Shown: positions 58,399-61,590 of the stretch, piece by piece
Layout: each line of letters begins with the position of its first letter
Position numbering within the stretch: the first letter of the stretch is position 1
IMG/VR virus record: IMGVR_UViG_3300032053_000072
Span: 1 to 61,590 of that record
Length of the DNA: 61,590 nt
Direction: 5' to 3' (one strand)
Source of the DNA: a virus
Taxonomy: Duplodnaviria; Caudoviricetes
Notes under the pieces: generated by a model
What the model saw: the letters and a program-made list of their open reading frames with translations, nothing else
Database searches by the model: none
Told to the model about the DNA's origin: nothing
Position numbers and translations under genes: made by a program

Positions 58399-58412
58399 GA
58401 GCCGTCTACCCC

Positions 58413-59891
58413 ATGCCGCGCCGCCGCAACTCCCGCTCCGCTCGCGCGACCGTCCGGCCCCTGCAGGCCGGTGACGAGGTGTGGGCATACCTGCGCGTCT
58501 CGACTGGCAAGCAGGCGGAGGCCGGTTTGCCCATTAACGGTCAGCGCGAGGCCATCGAGGCATACTGCCAGGCGCGTGCCTATCGTCTGACGCGCACCTA
58601 CTCTGACGAGGGTATCTCCGGCACGACCGATCACCGTGCCCAGTTCCAGACGATGGTCGATGAGGCACAAGCGTTGCGCCCGCGCGCCATCATCCTCTGG
58701 TCGTGGTCGCGTTTCAGCCGGGACCAGAACGACGCTGCATTCTACAAGGCGCTCTTGCGCCGGCATGGTGTGGATCTGCTCACGGTGGAGGATGAGGTGC
58801 CCAACGTCGAGGGGTTCGGCAACATCCTGGAGGCTCTGATCCACTGGCGAGACGAGCGGGAGAACGTGGCACGTGGCCAGGCCACCAAACGCGGCCATCA
58901 TGCCCTGGCGCATCTGGGCTACCACCCCGCCGGCAATGGCAACTGCCCCGTCGGCTACCGGGCCGCCACGGTGCTGGTGACGATAGCCGGCAGAGAGGGT
59001 GAGCGCCGGCGCATTGAACTCGACCCCGCCCTGGCCCCGATGGTGCGCCGCGCCTATGAGATGCGCTTGGCCGGCGGCAACTTCGAGGCGATCAACGAGG
59101 CCTGCCAACTCTTTGCCCACCCCAACGACCTCGGTGCCATGTTCCGCAACCCGACCTACCATGGCCGTTACCACTGGGGGGACACCGAGGTAGCCGTGCC
59201 GGCCATCGTCACTGAAGCCGAATGGCAGCGGGTGTACGACGGGCTCTCACGGGGCCGCGGCGGCGCCTACTCGCGCACCAGGGCCAGCGACTACCTCCTC
59301 AGTGGCCTCGTCTGGTGCGGTGTCTGTGGTGCGCGGATGAAGGGCCACTCTTGCTCACCCCGGGGCCGGCGCTGGCACTACTACCGCTGTTTCACGCCTG
59401 ACTGCATCATCCGCGGCATACCACGAGCGGAGCTCGAGGCGGCGGTGACGGAGCGCCTGATCACCCGCTACCTGACGCCACGTCTGGTGGCTGATATGGA
59501 GGAACGGGCGCGCCAGCATCAGCAGGACAGCGGCCAGCAGGAGCGGATCGCGGCACTGCGAGCCGAGGTGCGGCTGCACGACAAGGCGATCACTAACCTG
59601 GTTAGTGCTCTGGAGAGAGCGCCCGATACGCGCGAGTTGACTGAGCGCCTGCGACAGCGCGGCCAGGAGCGCGGGCGCCTACTCTCCAAGATCGCGGCGC
59701 TGGAACATTCCGTTCCCACCGTGCCGAGTGTCGAGGACGTGCTGGGGTTGCGGGAGCGGCTCAAGCAGGCGCTCGTGGACGGGGAGCGGCGCCTTGCCCG
59801 CGAGTTGATCCGGCAGTGTGTCGAGCGGGTCACGGTTGAGGGGTCGCGTGAATGGCGGGTCAAGTGGCGCCTACTCGTTTGTCCACGGTAG
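58413..59891 (+). CDS. int: Large serine recombinase (integrase)
   Basis: YLRVST, DEGISG, SRFSR, recombinase domain, LLSGL..CGVCG...YYRC zinc ribbon, coiled coil. Confidence 0.95.
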   Translation: MPRRRNSRSARATVRPLQAGDEVWAYLRVSTGKQAEAGLPINGQREAIEAYCQARAYRLTRTYSDEGISGTTDHRAQFQTMVDEAQALRPRAIILWSWSRFSRDQNDAAFYKALLRRHGVDLLTVEDEVPNVEGFGNILEALIHWRDERENVARGQATKRGHHALAHLGYHPAGNGNCPVGYRAATVLVTIAGREGERRRIELDPALAPMVRRAYEMRLAGGNFEAINEACQLFAHPNDLGAMFRNPTYHGRYHWGDTEVAVPAIVTEAEWQRVYDGLSRGRGGAYSRTRASDYLLSGLVWCGVCGARMKGHSCSPRGRRWHYYRCFTPDCIIRGIPRAELEAAVTERLITRYLTPRLVADMEERARQHQQDSGQQERIAALRAEVRLHDKAITNLVSALERAPDTRELTERLRQRGQERGRLLSKIAALEHSVPTVPSVEDVLGLRERLKQALVDGERRLARELIRQCVERVTVEGSREWRVKWRLLVCPR

Positions 59892-59926
59892 GCACGGTGA
59901 ACACGGCGACGACCGTAGGCAAGCAA
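59875..59926. other. Candidate attP
   Basis: 52-bp imperfect inverted repeat (17/25 pairs) centred on GTG-AA-CAC at the 3' end of int. Confidence 0.6.
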
Positions 59927-59928
59927 GG

Positions 59929-59965
59929 GGCCCCGGTGGTGAGCCGGGGCCTGGGTAGTAGGCTA
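59929..59965 (-). repeat. Cassette repeat copy D (hairpin only, no RBS)
   Basis: CCCCGGtggtgagCCGGGG at 59931-59949. Confidence 0.9.
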
Positions 59966-60277
59966 GTCGGGGAAATCCTGTTGGTCCGCTCCTGGAGTGC
60001 ACTCGTAATGCCGGGGCCTGGAGTCGGCGAACGACGCGTACCAAGGTGCGTTCACGATGATTGCTCCGCAAACGGCGCAGCGAGGGACAGCGGCCGTCTC
60101 CGCCGGGTGGCCATCCACATACGTGCGAACGCACCGCTCGCCACAGAAGGGTCGAATATCATCGCGCCGTCCGTCTGGCGACCGGCGAAATAGGTAATAC
60201 ATCGGGCGGCTTCGGATGCCGCACCCGGTATCACAGACCAGGCACTTCACTGCTCCATCGGTTCTCTCGTGGTTCAC
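59963..60277 (-). CDS. Cys-rich hypothetical protein (cassette gene)
   Basis: GTG start from the repeat C RBS; three CxxC/CxxxC motifs. Confidence 0.7.
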   Translation of the reverse strand: MNHERTDGAVKCLVCDTGCGIRSRPMYYLFRRSPDGRRDDIRPFCGERCVRTYVDGHPAETAAVPRCAVCGAIIVNAPWYASFADSRPRHYECTPGADQQDFPD

Positions 60278-60279
60278 GT

Positions 60280-60349
60280 TCTGCCTCCTCATTCTGGTTG
60301 GCCCCGGTGGTGAGCCGGGGCCTGGGTGCGTGGGGTGGGAAACGCGCTA
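60280..60349 (-). repeat. Cassette repeat copy C
   Basis: Hairpin at 60302-60320 plus CCAACCAGAATGAGGAGG. Confidence 0.92.
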
Positions 60350-60688
60350 CTCGCTGTCCTTCTTGTCCAGGTTGAACTCGTCTATGTTGTCGAGTACCTG
60401 CTCCCAGAGGTAATCGCTGGCTGAGTCGCGCAGGTAGCTCTCGATACTGCGCCGAAGGCCGCGGCCAGGTGGGTCGCCAAAGATGCCCTGCTCCAACGTC
60501 ATCACCACGACCTCATCCTCGGCTACCGGGGTCAGTGAGGACTGCGAGCCGAATCCATAGTGAGGTTCGTAGGTTATGATCGGCTCATTCCTCACCCGAC
60601 GGCGGTAAAGGTCGTTTGGGTGAAACTGATCGGCATACGCTTGCGCGGTAATGGCGGCGAAATCTCTGCGGTCGGGGTCACTACTCAC
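60347..60688 (-). CDS. Acidic hypothetical protein (cassette gene)
   Basis: GTG start from the repeat B RBS. Confidence 0.7.
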   Translation of the reverse strand: MSSDPDRRDFAAITAQAYADQFHPNDLYRRRVRNEPIITYEPHYGFGSQSSLTPVAEDEVVVMTLEQGIFGDPPGRGLRRSIESYLRDSASDYLWEQVLDNIDEFNLDKKDSE

Positions 60689-60754
60689 AGTCTGCCTCCT
60701 CATTCTGGTTGGCCCCGGTAGTAAGCCGGGGCCCTGGGTGCGTGGGATGGGCTA
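60689..60754 (-). repeat. Cassette repeat copy B
   Basis: Hairpin at 60713-60731 (loop tagtaag) plus RBS. Confidence 0.92.
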
Positions 60755-61072
60755 GGCGGTCGCGGCATTGATCGGAGCGCGGCCGTCGTATTCGTTCGCG
60801 CATTGCTGGCAGAGGTTGTACCCGCTCCAGTCCGGGTTGGTGCTGTGAGTCGTGGCGGGCACGCCATGCTCGCCCGTCGCGGCGCATGATTCGCACTCAA
60901 TTACATGAGTCTCCACAGTCTGCCTCCTCTCGGTGATGCCCCGCGCGTTGAGTTCGCGCAGGGCCAGGCGGATGATACTGCTGACGTGCTCCCTGCCAGT
61001 ACTGGCATGGAGCCTGGCGATGATGGCGCGGTCGTCGTCGGTTAGCCGGATGGTGGTGATCTTGGTTTTCAT
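60752..61072 (-). CDS. RHH-like domain fused to a Zn-finger region; paralog of 51-494
   Basis: TTIRLTDDDRAIIARL...IIRLALREL; internal RBS and in-frame GTG at 60916. Confidence 0.75.
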   Translation of the reverse strand: MKTKITTIRLTDDDRAIIARLHASTGREHVSSIIRLALRELNARGITERRQTVETHVIECESCAATGEHGVPATTHSTNPDWSGYNLCQQCANEYDGRAPINAATA

Positions 61073-61082
61073 CAGGCCGCCT

Positions 61083-61142
61083 TCACCTGAGGTCGGCCCG
61101 AATCATGGCGGCTACCGTTGCGTGTGCGCTCCTCGTCTTCAT
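61083..61142 (-). CDS. 19-aa peptide MKTRSAHATVAAMIRADLR
   Basis: AGAGGAG RBS 8 nt before ATG; fills the intergenic gap. Confidence 0.45.
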   Translation of the reverse strand: MKTRSAHATVAAMIRADLR

Positions 61143-61169
61143 GGTTTCTACTCCTCTAGGTCTGTTGGG

Positions 61170-61442
61170 TTAGGCTACCAACACTTCCTCGCGATCCCAC
61201 TGCCATAGTGGCCAACCGTCATCATCTGTCGTCTCGCAACGAAGATTCACGAGGCGGTATACCTGACCATTCATAGTGCCAGCGAGGCGCTTGGCGCTGG
61301 CGATTGTCGCGCAATGGCGACACATCACGTCATTTTCACTGGACTGCCACATGACGTAGTAGCGCGTGGGCTCGTGTCGGTCGTGACCGCCGTCGGCATT
61401 GTAGGGAGTCTCCATCCAGGTATCGCCTGTTGCTGTTTTCAT
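61170..61442 (-). CDS. Hypothetical protein (cassette gene)
   Basis: ATG start from the repeat A RBS GAGAGGAGG. Confidence 0.7.
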   Translation of the reverse strand: MKTATGDTWMETPYNADGGHDRHEPTRYYVMWQSSENDVMCRHCATIASAKRLAGTMNGQVYRLVNLRCETTDDDGWPLWQWDREEVLVA

Positions 61443-61446
61443 CGTT

Positions 61447-61516
61447 CCGCCTCCTCTCATTCGGGTTGGCCCCGGTGGTGAGCCGGGGTCTGAGTGCGTG
61501 GGGAGCGGTTGGGCTA
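61447..61516 (-). repeat. Cassette repeat copy A (its part from 61464 on recurs at 1-53)
   Basis: Hairpin at 61470-61488 plus RBS. Confidence 0.92.
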
Positions 61517-61590
61517 GGGAGTCACCCCCGCCTTCCGGCATAGGCGCCGATACTCGTCTTTTACTGTCTGGGGTAGGCCACCTTGCCTCT

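Larger units (their letters stand above)
1..61590. mobile_element. Complete temperate tailed phage genome (siphovirus-like), circular assembly
   Basis: Terminase, portal, capsid, tape measure, endolysin, repressor/Cro switch and serine integrase are all present; the ends overlap by 127 bp. Confidence 0.95.

Noticed and set aside
59929-61516. CRISPR array
   Set aside because: Repeats are ~370-760 bp apart, separated by whole genes, and contain RBSs; no cas genes
58413-61516. Classical integron
   Set aside because: The recombinase is a serine, not IntI tyrosine, enzyme; the repeats lack recognisable attC R/L box structure; the integrase has its own attP candidate
61464-61590. Biological terminal repeat of the virion DNA
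   Set aside because: Length equals a common assembly k-mer and it cuts through a gene; best read as circular overlap

Overview
This window appears to be a complete ~61.46-kb temperate siphovirus-type phage genome of high GC. Bases 1-127 repeat exactly at 61464-61590, which fits a circular assembly overlap. Almost all genes lie on the minus strand. In order these are a Cro-driven early operon (recombination, DNA methylation/modification, replication, many small mosaic genes), a late operon (holin-like genes, ParB/MTase/radical SAM, terminase, portal, head, a glycosylation module, tail, endolysin) and a separately promoted accessory operon. That operon runs through the assembly junction and is divided into gene cassettes by a conserved hairpin-plus-RBS repeat. 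A short plus-strand block holds the repressor, two membrane proteins and a large serine integrase, followed by a candidate attP. The host is unknown; Chloroflexota or another Terrabacteria lineage is a guess from the LexA-like box and the endolysin. Main leads: (1) the repeat-delimited cassette array ending at attP, including RHH domains fused in frame to independently initiable cassette genes; (2) a promoter-flanked structured RNA with an anti-SD tail complementary to the endolysin start; (3) a virion glycosylation module; (4) a UDG-like domain inside the prohead protease; (5) an amino-MTase split by a free-standing HNH gene; (6) a C5-MTase with its second subunit in an internal alternative frame; (7) a LexA-box-controlled antisense antirepressor candidate. 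All product calls come from motif recognition by eye; no database searches were run.
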